A stretch of DNA of 64,000 nt from Patescibacteria group bacterium (GTDB lineage Bacteria > Patescibacteriota > Microgenomatia > UBA8517). Below are positions 1 through 8,865 of the stretch, one piece after another. Position 1 is the first letter of the stretch; each line of letters opens with the position of its first letter. Where the stretch lies: NCBI GenBank assembly GCA_025999275.1, contig AP024680.1:318393-382392 (forward strand), written 5' to 3'. A program made the position numbers and the translations under genes. A model generated the notes under the pieces. The model had not been told where the DNA came from. It worked only from the letters and a program-made list of their open reading frames with translations, and searched no databases.

Positions 1-135
1 GTTTGCTTTTTGCCATCTCTTTTGATGTGTCTTTTTTCGTATTCAGGTTTCCGTTCTGATAAGACAGGTTTTGAGCCATTTTTTGGCTCTTTTGGCAATA
101 TTTGGTTGTTTGCTTCTGTTTTTGGTCCTCCTTTT

Positions 136-1308
136 TTAAACTCTGCTGTCATTTTCTTTTTTGAAATAATACCTCTTTCCTTTTAATTTGTCAGGTAGTA
201 GAGAATCTTTTGTGTATTTTTCGTAACCTTTGCCATATTTTAGATCTTTCATTAATTTTGTTACTGGATTTCTTATTTTAAGCGGGACCGGAAGGTGACC
301 AAAGCGACGAACATCATCCAGTGCTCTCATGTATGCTTCGTATGCACTCCTGTCTTTTTTGGCAGTTGCCAAATAAACTGCTCCTGCAGCTAAATTTTCT
401 TGACATTCGGGTAGTCCTACCTCATGACAAGCTTGGAAGACAGAATTGGCAACAACTAGGGCAGTTGGTGTTGCCACATCTTCACTGGCAAAAATAATCA
501 TCCTTCTTGCTATGTACAAAGGATCTTGCCCTGATTCAACCATTCTTGCTAAATAATAAAGTGCGGCATCGACATCAGAAGCCCTCATTGATTTGATAAA
601 GGCAGAAATTAGGTTATAGTATTCTTCCCCTTTTTTATCAAAAAATAGTTGTCTTTTTTGAAAGGCTTGTTCGACAGTTGAAATGTTTATTGCTTCTTGA
701 TTTTTGGGAAGAAGGTTTTTGGCAACCTCAAGAGTGTTAAGCAGAATTCTGCCGTCACCACTTGAGCCTTCAATTAGAAAGTCTAATGCGTCTTTTTTTA
801 TTTTTGCTTTGAGAAAATTAAGTCCCTTTTGAGCGATTTTTTTAAGTTCATTTTTCTCAAGCTGGCTGAAAACCAAAACCTTGGTTCTTGAAAGAAGCGG
901 AGCGATAACCTCAAATGACGGATTTTCTGTGGTTGCTCCGATTAAGATTATTTTTCCTGTTTCAACCCAAGGTAAGAATTTTGCTTGCTGGGATTTGTTG
1001 AATCTATGTATTTCATCAATCACTATGACTGGTGATTTTTCTTCTTTTTTGACTATATTTTCTACCTCTTTGATTGATGAGGAAACTGCTGAAAATTCAA
1101 AATAGTCTCTCTTTAAGCTTTTGGCAATAATTCTTGCCAGTGTTGTTTTACCAACACCAGGTGATCCCCAAAAGATTAGCGATGGAAAGTTGGCGCTTTT
1201 ATCCTTAAGCAGAATTCTTATAATTCCGTTTTTGCCAACCAAATGTTTTTGTCCGACAAATTCCTCGATTTTCTGCGGTCTAAGTATTTCAGCTAAAGGT
1301 TTGTCCAT
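136..1308 (-). CDS. rarA: Replication-associated recombination protein A (RarA/MgsA), AAA+ ATPase
   Basis: 390-aa ORF with Walker A GSPGVGKTT and Walker B VIVIDEIHRF, followed by the MgsA C-terminal helical domain (DVDAALYYLARM, GLPE). Full length. Confidence 0.85.
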   Translation of the reverse strand: MDKPLAEILRPQKIEEFVGQKHLVGKNGIIRILLKDKSANFPSLIFWGSPGVGKTTLARIIAKSLKRDYFEFSAVSSSIKEVENIVKKEEKSPVIVIDEIHRFNKSQQAKFLPWVETGKIILIGATTENPSFEVIAPLLSRTKVLVFSQLEKNELKKIAQKGLNFLKAKIKKDALDFLIEGSSGDGRILLNTLEVAKNLLPKNQEAINISTVEQAFQKRQLFFDKKGEEYYNLISAFIKSMRASDVDAALYYLARMVESGQDPLYIARRMIIFASEDVATPTALVVANSVFQACHEVGLPECQENLAAGAVYLATAKKDRSAYEAYMRALDDVRRFGHLPVPLKIRNPVTKLMKDLKYGKGYEKYTKDSLLPDKLKGKRYYFKKENDSRV

Positions 1309-1360
1309 TGGCCTATTATAGCAATAGTTTGATTACATAATCTGATAAAATGCTTGTGAT

Positions 1361-1981
1361 ATGTTTTTTGAGAGAATTATAGAAAGTTGCCAATCTAACT
1401 TTAATGGCAAAATAGAAGTTGTTTCTTCTTTGGCATGGGGAAAATATATTCGTGTTGGGGGAATTACTCAATCTGGTGGTGTTGTTGAAAAAATTTGGAG
1501 GAGTGTTTTCAAAAAGATTAAAGGCGATTTTAGAAAAATTTTGATTTTAGGTCTTGGAGGAGGGTCTGTGGCAAAGGTTTTGTGCAGCAGGTTTAAAAAA
1601 GCCAAGATAACAGGGGTGGAGATAGATCCTTTGATGGTAAATTTTGGGGAGAAGTATTTAGGCCTTGATAACTCTAAATTAAAAATTGAAATTGATGATG
1701 CCAAAAAGTGGTTTTTAGATAATAAAAAGAAGTTTGATCTTATTATTGTTGATATTTACCAAGGCAAAACTTATCCCCCCTTTTTTGAATCAGATTTGTT
1801 CCTTAAATCTTTAAAGTCCCATTTGGTTGTTGGGGGAATTGTTGTTTTTAACAGGCTTTATAGTTCCGATCTGACGGTTAGAAAATCAGCGGTTAAATTT
1901 GGTGAGAAATTGGAAAAAGAATTTAAAGAAGTGAACAGGATTTATCCTCTTGCCAATCTTATCTTTGCTTGCAGGATTTAG
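1361..1981 (+). CDS. Spermidine-synthase-like / class I methyltransferase-fold protein
   Basis: Gly-rich ILILGLGGGS, then VEIDPLMV and DLIIVDIY, resembling the spermine/spermidine synthase family. Weak recognition from motifs only. Confidence 0.4.
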   Translation: MFFERIIESCQSNFNGKIEVVSSLAWGKYIRVGGITQSGGVVEKIWRSVFKKIKGDFRKILILGLGGGSVAKVLCSRFKKAKITGVEIDPLMVNFGEKYLGLDNSKLKIEIDDAKKWFLDNKKKFDLIIVDIYQGKTYPPFFESDLFLKSLKSHLVVGGIVVFNRLYSSDLTVRKSAVKFGEKLEKEFKEVNRIYPLANLIFACRI

Positions 1982-2373
1982 CGGTAGTAAAAAGAACACT
2001 CTCCTGTTATTGGATCACAGCGAAAGACTTTTGTTTTATTTTGCTGATAAAGCTTTTGCTGTGGGAGTTTTCCTTTAATGCCTTTCCATTGTGGAATTTG
2101 GCTTTCTATCCATTTGTCAAATGTGGGGGAAACAGATGCTATTGAATAAAGAAAGGCCAAAACTATCAAAAGAAAGCTAAAAAGGTGAAAAATTGAGTTT
2201 TTGCCAAAAGCAATTTTTACTCCCCAAAGAATTATAATTAATGGCCAAAACTTAAAGAGAATTTGCCAGACATTCCAAGGCAGGACACCAAAATTGTTAA
2301 GAAGCAAGACAATACCCACTAAAACAAGGATCAAAGCATCGAAGATATCTTTTTCATCTGTTGTTTCGTTCAT
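1978..2373 (-). CDS. Hypothetical integral membrane protein
   Basis: 131-aa ORF with 3-4 hydrophobic helices. Its stop overlaps the downstream pspC-domain gene start, so the two look co-transcribed. Confidence 0.4.
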   Translation of the reverse strand: MNETTDEKDIFDALILVLVGIVLLLNNFGVLPWNVWQILFKFWPLIIILWGVKIAFGKNSIFHLFSFLLIVLAFLYSIASVSPTFDKWIESQIPQWKGIKGKLPQQKLYQQNKTKVFRCDPITGECSFYYR

Positions 2374-2801
2374 TTTTTAAATATGATTCCAAAGGCGATG
2401 ATAATCAAAACAATTGGCCAAAGCTTGAAGATTTGTTCAAGTCTGAAAATCCCAAAATTTTCAAACAAGAATAATAAACCAATTAAAGCAAGCATTAAGC
2501 CAAAAAGATACCTTCCTTCATCTTTTTTGGCATAGCTTCTGCCTTTCTCAATTAGATCTTGTGCTTCTTCTTTTATTTCTTCTGCATTTTCTTTTACCGA
2601 AACTTTTGTTTTTTTATCAGATGGGATAATGAGCCAAAGAACAAGATAAAGAAGGATGCCCGATCCGCCAAAGATGGTGATGAGTATGAAAATTATTCTT
2701 ATTAAAGTGGCGTCTATATCAAAATATTCGCCCAATCCACCACAAACTCCGCCGATAAGTCTATTTGTTTTTGAGCGTATTAATATTTTTTCTTTTGCCA
2801 T
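2370..2801 (-). CDS. pspC: PspC-domain membrane protein
   Basis: N-terminal LIRSKTNRLIGGVCGGLGEYFDIDATLIRIIFILITIFGGSGILLYLVLWLIIP matches the PspC domain consensus. A second TM lies at the C-terminus. Confidence 0.75.
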   Translation of the reverse strand: MAKEKILIRSKTNRLIGGVCGGLGEYFDIDATLIRIIFILITIFGGSGILLYLVLWLIIPSDKKTKVSVKENAEEIKEEAQDLIEKGRSYAKKDEGRYLFGLMLALIGLLFLFENFGIFRLEQIFKLWPIVLIIIAFGIIFKK

Positions 2802-2868
2802 TGTTTTGATTTTAAGCTTTTGTTAATTTTCTTTCAAGATATGAATTGAGGGAGAGTAACAGTAAGAT

Positions 2869-2990
2869 TAAACTATAGACAACTATCAATACATCGATGT
2901 ATTGATAGTAATTAGAAGTGATAACCGGTCTCGTAGACTAGTACACGGATACAATGGTGTAGTTGAAAAATTATGAATAATGAATTAAGG
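2869..2990 (+). repeat. Dispersed ~125-bp intergenic repeat, copy 1, containing a perfect 22-bp palindrome ATCAATACATCGATGTATTGAT (2885..2906)
   Basis: About 90% identical to 59532..59657. Lies in the 460-bp divergent region between the pspC-domain gene and the VKOR gene. Confidence 0.7.
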
Positions 2991-3263
2991 GGTATGAATT
3001 ATGGGAAGATTGAAGATAGTAGTAAGTAGAATGTAGTAAGGGAAAAGGATATAGATTTAGGATTTAAGAATTATGAATAAAATAATTCAAAAGTTAAAAT
3101 TCAAAAGTCAAAATTACAAGTTAAAAGCCAAAAGTTTTCTTAGATAATTAAATAATTTTAAATTTTGAATTGTATTTTTGAATTTTGCCTTTTGACTTTT
3201 GACTTAGATCTATTAGGTGTCAAGCTGTTTTTGACGAAGGTGCCAACCTAAGACACCCTTAAG

Positions 3264-3728
3264 GTGCCCTTTAGATTTTTTATGTCTGTTATGATAAAAT
3301 TAACTATGGTATTGGGGAAAAAAGTTTGGTTTTATTTAATTACTTTACTTTCTTTGGTGGGGATTATTTTGGCTTCTTATCTTCTTTATAATTTTTACAA
3401 CCCCAAACCAGTTTTGTTTTGTGACATTAATGATAAAGTAAATTGTCAGGCTGTAATTTCAGGGTCTCTTTCAACTTTTGCCGGTGTACCTGTTTCTTTG
3501 GTTGGACTTATTGGATATGGGGTAATTTTATTTGCGGGGTTAACCAAAAGGGCAAAACTTGCCTTTGGAGCATCTGTTTTTGGGATGATATTTTGTCTTC
3601 GGCTTACTATTTTGGAGATTTTCTTTATTAAAGTAATTTGTCCTGTTTGTCTTGTTTGTCAAATTGTAATGCTTCTTATTTTTATTATTTCTTCTTATAT
3701 TGTTTTTTCTACTAGGTTAAGAAACTAG
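3264..3728 (+). CDS. VKOR (vitamin K epoxide reductase)-family membrane thiol-disulfide oxidoreductase
   Basis: Polytopic membrane ORF with the loop cysteine pair CDINDKVNC and a TM CxxC (ICPVCLVC), the VKOR arrangement. The real start may be an internal Met, e.g. 3306 MVLGKK. Confidence 0.5.
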   Translation: MPFRFFMSVMIKLTMVLGKKVWFYLITLLSLVGIILASYLLYNFYNPKPVLFCDINDKVNCQAVISGSLSTFAGVPVSLVGLIGYGVILFAGLTKRAKLAFGASVFGMIFCLRLTILEIFFIKVICPVCLVCQIVMLLIFIISSYIVFSTRLRN

Positions 3729-3871
3729 ATAGGCTTCATTCTTGTATTTTGTTTTTATTATTTTCCTAATTTTGTAATATTGGGCTTTTTTCTAAAAAAT
3801 AAAAAAATAAGCCCGCTGATTTGAAAAGTACCGGTAAATTACCAGTAAAATGAAAATCAGCGGGCTTTTGC

Positions 3872-5098
3872 TCAAGGGATTGGAGTTGGTTTTGCCAACA
3901 AAAAATTGACAAGTGTGGCAAAGCAGATTAGAAGTCCAATCCCCTCATCCCATTTTTCCCTCTCGAAATTTATTACTGCTGCTATTCCCCCAAGCAGTAT
4001 AAATCCGAAGGGGATAGACAAATGGGGCAACAGATTGGTAACAACTCCGAGGCCAATTCCCCCCGCAATTCCCAAGACCAGACTGGGTAGAGGGGTTGGC
4101 TTGGTTTTACCCAGTTCTCCCAAGAAAAGCAGGAGAGCAAGGAAAATTAGCCCCCAGACAACCAGTGTAAACTTGGCTTCTTCCCACATATTGTGAGAGA
4201 TTAAGTTCGCCAGGTCTCTAGGGTTCCAAATGACTGCTTTTTCAGCCTGGATTTTAAAGACATCTAGAAAGATCCCAGTGTTTTTATTAACCAGGTTTGA
4301 GTAAAGCAGTCCTAGGAACATGATTGGGCTGGCAATTAGGCTCAAATCTCCTTTTCCCAATAAGAATCCAATTAGAACTACTACCAGGATTCTTGCAGGG
4401 GGGTCAGGACCCAAAATCGGTGCAGCCCATTGTTTATCTCCCCATATGACCAATATGGAAGCCAAAGCTACTAAAATTGGGGAGAAGAAGTAGGCTATTT
4501 TGTTTAAATCTGTCCTGGCCCTTCTCCACCTTTGCCACGTATCGGCTAGGAATTGACCGATGCAGGCTAGCATCAGTGTCAGCTGCAACCACTGCGAGGG
4601 TCCTTTCCAGGGCGCCGATCCTGAATCTACACCTTCCTCAACGGAGGGTATAGGAGGCGGCTCTGATTTAAATGACTGTTCCTCAGGTGGCTGCTCCACA
4701 TTTTGGTAAGGCGGTATGGTGGCAGCTTCTTCTTGTGTTTTTGGTTCCTGTGTTTCCAGAGGGACTTTTTCTCCTTTTGATTCTAATCCCCTGAAAAAGA
4801 TTGGAACAAAAATCAAGATCAGAATCACAACAAGGATTGCCACCAATAGGAGTGCCTTTTTGCTTGTCGGTATGTGCACGGAGGAGATGAAACGTTGTAG
4901 TTTTTCCGATACTGTCTTTTTGACAGATGGGTTTTTTGGCGTTGCTTTTTCTTCCTCAGGCACTCTTGCTTTTCGAGCAGCAGAGATCATTTCAAACACT
5001 TCTCTTTTGCTGCTTGCCTTGCTAAGAATCTCCTTTAGCTGTTCGGGTGTCAGGTTTGCTGCGATTGCTGCTTGAATTATTCTATCGTTGATATCCAT
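3872..5098 (-). CDS. Hypothetical membrane protein with Pro/Glu-rich linker
   Basis: The long ORF runs to 5167. I place the start at the Met at 5098 (MDINDRII), which is preceded by GGAGG at the right spacing. One TM after about 100 aa, then a PEEQ/PP-rich segment, then a polytopic C-terminal half. Confidence 0.45.
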   Translation of the reverse strand: MDINDRIIQAAIAANLTPEQLKEILSKASSKREVFEMISAARKARVPEEEKATPKNPSVKKTVSEKLQRFISSVHIPTSKKALLLVAILVVILILIFVPIFFRGLESKGEKVPLETQEPKTQEEAATIPPYQNVEQPPEEQSFKSEPPPIPSVEEGVDSGSAPWKGPSQWLQLTLMLACIGQFLADTWQRWRRARTDLNKIAYFFSPILVALASILVIWGDKQWAAPILGPDPPARILVVVLIGFLLGKGDLSLIASPIMFLGLLYSNLVNKNTGIFLDVFKIQAEKAVIWNPRDLANLISHNMWEEAKFTLVVWGLIFLALLLFLGELGKTKPTPLPSLVLGIAGGIGLGVVTNLLPHLSIPFGFILLGGIAAVINFEREKWDEGIGLLICFATLVNFLLAKPTPIP

Positions 5099-5117
5099 GT
5101 TGCCTCCTCTTCTAGTT

Positions 5118-5636
5118 CTAGTCTTTAAAACCCGTTCGAATGTATCTGCTTTCTTTTCTTCCCCCATCAGAGGAAATTTCTATTCTTTCTCCGCTTGAGA
5201 AAGAGAAAGAGAAAGCCGCGAGGATTAGAAGGATAGATGCGGGTAACACAAAAAGATAACTGATCGGATTGAACGTGGCGACGTAGTACCCCGCCATCGT
5301 TCCTATAACTACACCCCCTCTTACAACATATTTTCCTTCTATGCCCAACTTAGCCAGAAGGACAATCGTCAATACTGCTGCGGTGATTGATACCACAAAT
5401 AGAGCAGTTTCAAAACCCCATTTTAAAATGAGGATCTTAATTATAGAATCAATTATGTTCGCGCCGGTGTTTGGAACTACGATTTCCTCTTCAGTGTCAG
5501 CAACAGTATTAGAATTTGTTACCGGGGTGGGAGGGGTGGTACCAACTAATTCTTGCCAGTTGCTTAGTGAAAAGATTGCTACCAAGCATAGTATAAATAT
5601 AACCCCGATCAAGGGATTGAGGGTTTTTCTTTCCAT
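5118..5636 (-). CDS. Hypothetical membrane protein
   Basis: 172-aa ORF with an N-terminal TM, a Thr/Pro-rich segment, and further TMs. No recognisable domain. Confidence 0.4.
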   Translation of the reverse strand: MERKTLNPLIGVIFILCLVAIFSLSNWQELVGTTPPTPVTNSNTVADTEEEIVVPNTGANIIDSIIKILILKWGFETALFVVSITAAVLTIVLLAKLGIEGKYVVRGGVVIGTMAGYYVATFNPISYLFVLPASILLILAAFSFSFSSGERIEISSDGGRKESRYIRTGFKD

Positions 5637-5915
5637 CTTAGTCTCCTTTCCTGGAAAAAGTTGTGGATTTGTTAAAGTGCCTTTAAATGCAGGTTAGTTG
5701 AATTTTATCTTATTTTATTCCTATAGTCAAATCTTAATGTACTAAATATATTTAATCTTGAATTTAGTTTATTACTCGTTTTTGTTTCTCTGGCTCAATT
5801 TTTATCATACTTATAGTTTTTTGTTCTGATTTATTTTATACTCCTTTTACTTTTTTGAAAGATTTAAAGATCCTTTCAAAAAATATAAAATAGGTATAAA
5901 CTAAAAGATTGTTTT

Positions 5916-8678
5916 ATGTTTAATTTTCTTTCCAAACTACTTGATCTTAACGCAAAAGAGGTTGATCGTTTAAAGAAGGTGGTTGAGAAAATCAATTCCT
6001 TTGCGCCGAAAGTAAAAAAGTTAAAAGATTCCGATTTTGTCAAAAAGACAGCCGAATATAAAGAAAGAATTAAAAAAGGCGAGTCTTTGGAGTCTATTTT
6101 ACCTGAGGCTTTTGCTTTGGTTCGTGAAGCCTCATTTAGGGCTATTGGTTTGCGTCATTTTGATGTTCAGATGATGGCTGCCGTTGCTCTTTTTGAAGGG
6201 AAAGTTGCTGAGCAGAAAACAGGTGAGGGAAAAACTCTTTCTGCTGTTCCTGCTTTATACCTTCGTGCTTTAATGGGGCGTGGTGCTCATTTGGTAACCG
6301 TTAATGATTATCTTGCCCGCCGTGATGCAGGTTGGAATGGGCCAACTTTTAATCTCCTTGGCCTTTCTGTTGGAGTGATAGTTCAGGAATCTAAATCTTT
6401 TGTTTTTGATCCTAACTTTTCTGATAAAAGCCATGGAGATGAAAGACTTGAGCACTTGAAACCTTCTTCTCGTCGGGAGGCTTATGAATGCGATATAACT
6501 TACGGGACCAATAACGAATTTGGTTTTGATTATCTTCGTGATAATATGGCTCAGTCTCTTTCTGAGATTGTTCAGTCTTCTCCTTTGGGTAAGGAAACAC
6601 AAGGCAAAAAAGGATTAGGAGAGCATTATTTTGCGGTAGTTGATGAAGTTGATTCAGTTTTAATTGATGAGGCACGTACTCCTCTTATAATCTCAGCTCC
6701 TGATACTGAGCCGACGCAAAAGTATTACCAATTTGCTCAGTTGGTGGAGAAATTAAATCCCGATACGGATTACAAAATAGACGAAAAACAAAGAACAGCA
6801 ACATTAACTGAGCATGGCATTGCCAGAGTTGAAAAGCTTCTTGGAATTCCAAACCTTTATGAGAAGGATTTTGAATCAATTCATCATATTGAAAACGCAC
6901 TTCGCGCCAAGACTCTTTTTTTGAAAGATCGCGACTACATAGTCAAGGATGATCAGGTGATAATTGTTGACGAATTTACAGGCCGTCTTATGTTTGGCAG
7001 ACGTTGGAGTGATGGTCTTCATCAGGCAGTTGAAGCAAAAGAGGGTGTTCCAATTCAGCAGGAATCAAAAACTTTGGCGACAATTTCTTTTCAAAATTAC
7101 TTTAGGATGTATGAGGTTTTGTCAGGTATGACTGGTACTGCAGCCACGGAGGCGGAGGAGTTTAAGAAAATTTACAAGCTTGATGTTGTGGTTATTCCAA
7201 CCCACAGGCCGATGATTAGAGTTGATCATCCGGATTTAATTTATAAGACTTTGCGGGCAAAATATGGGGCTATAGTTTCTGATATTGAAGAAAAGTACAA
7301 AAAAGGGCAGCCGGTTTTGGTTGGCACCACATCAATTGAAAAAAATGAAATAATAAGTGAGTACCTCAAAAGAAAAAAGATTCCTCATAATGTTTTAAAT
7401 GCCAAGAATCACGAAAAAGAGGCGCAGATTATAGCCAATGCAGGTAGAGTATCTGCGGTTACTGTTGCTACAAATATGGCTGGTCGTGGTGTTGATATTG
7501 TTTTGGGAGGTGCTGTTCCTGAAAGGCCGGCTGATGTTGCTCCTGAAAAATGGGCTAAGTCAAAAGAAATGGAAAAATGGCAAAAAGAGCATGATAAAGT
7601 GGTTAAGCTTGGCGGTCTTTATGTTATAGGAACAGAGAGGCATGAATCAAGAAGAATTGACAACCAGCTTCGAGGTAGGTCTGGAAGACAGGGTGACCCC
7701 GGCTCTTCTAGGTTTTATCTTTCTCTTGAGGATGATTTGATGCGTATTTTTGGTGGAGATCAGATTAAATCATTAATGGATAGGCTTTCTATTCCTGAGG
7801 ATCAGCCGATTGAAAATAAGTTGGTTTCAAAGGCAATAGAGCAGGCGCAAGTTAAGGTTGAAGGCTTTAATTTTGATATTAGAAAAAGCGTTGTTGAATA
7901 TGATGATGTAGCCAATCAGCAAAGAGAGGTTATTTACAGATTAAGACGTAAAGTTTTGATGGCTGAAAGTCTTAAAGATGAAGTTCTTGGAAAATTGAAG
8001 AAGAAGATTCAAAAAATTGTTGATTTTTCTTTCTCTTTTGCTGAAGGTAGGGAGAGTGAGATTGATTATGATTATATTTTATCTGGAGTCCTGGAAATTG
8101 TTCCTTTTGATGATGCTTCAAAAGAAAGTTTCAAGAGAAAATTGCTTGAACTAAAAAATGATTCTGAAATAAGAGAATTTTTGGAAAAAGTTATTCTTGA
8201 TATTTATGAGGCAAGAAGAAAACAGTATGGAGATGAGATATCAAATCAGATTGATAAGTTTGCTTACCTTTCTTCAATTGACCATTTTTGGGTTGAGCAC
8301 ATTGATTATTTGGATAGCCTTCGTGAGAATGTTAGGCTTCAGGCTTATGCACAAAAGGATCCGTTGGTTGAGTTTAAAAATGAGGCTTATAATTCTTTTG
8401 AGAATTTGCTTGAGAGAATTGATGACGAACTGGCAAGAAGGATATTTAGAATTGGTGTTGCTGAAAGGCCACAGGAGATTCCTATAGATCAGGCTCAGAC
8501 CAATGTTGATAGGTCAGATGCAATGGGTCTTGCTGGTGGAGAGGGTATTTTGCCGTCAAATAAGAGTTCGCAATCTCAAGTTACTCATTCGAGGAAAATT
8601 GGCCGTAACGATCCTTGTTGGTGCGGCTCGGGAAAGAAGTGGAAGAAATGCCACTATCCGCAATTGCCGACTGGTTGA
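5916..8678 (+). CDS. secA: Preprotein translocase ATPase SecA
   Basis: 920 aa. DEAD-motor motifs are present (MGRGAHLVTVNDYLARRD, VDEVDSVLIDEARTPLIIS, TNMAGRGVDIVLGG), and the C-terminal zinc finger is CWCGSGKKWKKCH. Confidence 0.95.
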   Translation: MFNFLSKLLDLNAKEVDRLKKVVEKINSFAPKVKKLKDSDFVKKTAEYKERIKKGESLESILPEAFALVREASFRAIGLRHFDVQMMAAVALFEGKVAEQKTGEGKTLSAVPALYLRALMGRGAHLVTVNDYLARRDAGWNGPTFNLLGLSVGVIVQESKSFVFDPNFSDKSHGDERLEHLKPSSRREAYECDITYGTNNEFGFDYLRDNMAQSLSEIVQSSPLGKETQGKKGLGEHYFAVVDEVDSVLIDEARTPLIISAPDTEPTQKYYQFAQLVEKLNPDTDYKIDEKQRTATLTEHGIARVEKLLGIPNLYEKDFESIHHIENALRAKTLFLKDRDYIVKDDQVIIVDEFTGRLMFGRRWSDGLHQAVEAKEGVPIQQESKTLATISFQNYFRMYEVLSGMTGTAATEAEEFKKIYKLDVVVIPTHRPMIRVDHPDLIYKTLRAKYGAIVSDIEEKYKKGQPVLVGTTSIEKNEIISEYLKRKKIPHNVLNAKNHEKEAQIIANAGRVSAVTVATNMAGRGVDIVLGGAVPERPADVAPEKWAKSKEMEKWQKEHDKVVKLGGLYVIGTERHESRRIDNQLRGRSGRQGDPGSSRFYLSLEDDLMRIFGGDQIKSLMDRLSIPEDQPIENKLVSKAIEQAQVKVEGFNFDIRKSVVEYDDVANQQREVIYRLRRKVLMAESLKDEVLGKLKKKIQKIVDFSFSFAEGRESEIDYDYILSGVLEIVPFDDASKESFKRKLLELKNDSEIREFLEKVILDIYEARRKQYGDEISNQIDKFAYLSSIDHFWVEHIDYLDSLRENVRLQAYAQKDPLVEFKNEAYNSFENLLERIDDELARRIFRIGVAERPQEIPIDQAQTNVDRSDAMGLAGGEGILPSNKSSQSQVTHSRKIGRNDPCWCGSGKKWKKCHYPQLPTG

Positions 8679-8865
8679 AATTGAAAATTTTGGGTTAAAA
8701 GGTGGTCAATTTCCAAAGTTGGTTTTTATCTTCAAATTAGTATAACAATGTTAAGTATTAAGATATTTTGGTTTGGGAATATAAAAATTATTATTTTATT
8801 GAAATAAGTAAAAGTTTTGATGTTTGAATTCAAGAAAATAATTTGCTATTTTATTAGAAAACTTT

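Noticed and set aside
1-135. Possible 3' end of another minus-strand gene upstream of rarA at the window edge
   Set aside because: There is too little sequence, and no ORF of reportable length or recognisable motif.
881-1321. Plus-strand ORFs 881..1105 and 1121..1321 (and many similar 60-120-aa ORFs antisense to secA, the Clp-like gene, lon, the adhesin, etc.)
   Set aside because: They lie wholly inside and antisense to strongly supported genes, have no motifs, and have low-complexity composition typical of shadow ORFs in AT-rich DNA.
2940-3260. AT-rich tandem 11-15-bp repeats (AAAAGTYAAAATT units) that superficially resemble a short CRISPR-like or direct-repeat array
   Set aside because: Unit length is irregular and there are no unique spacers of regular size. 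No cas genes are nearby. The same module recurs inverted at 59794..59846, so it is an intergenic repeat/IR structure, not a CRISPR array.
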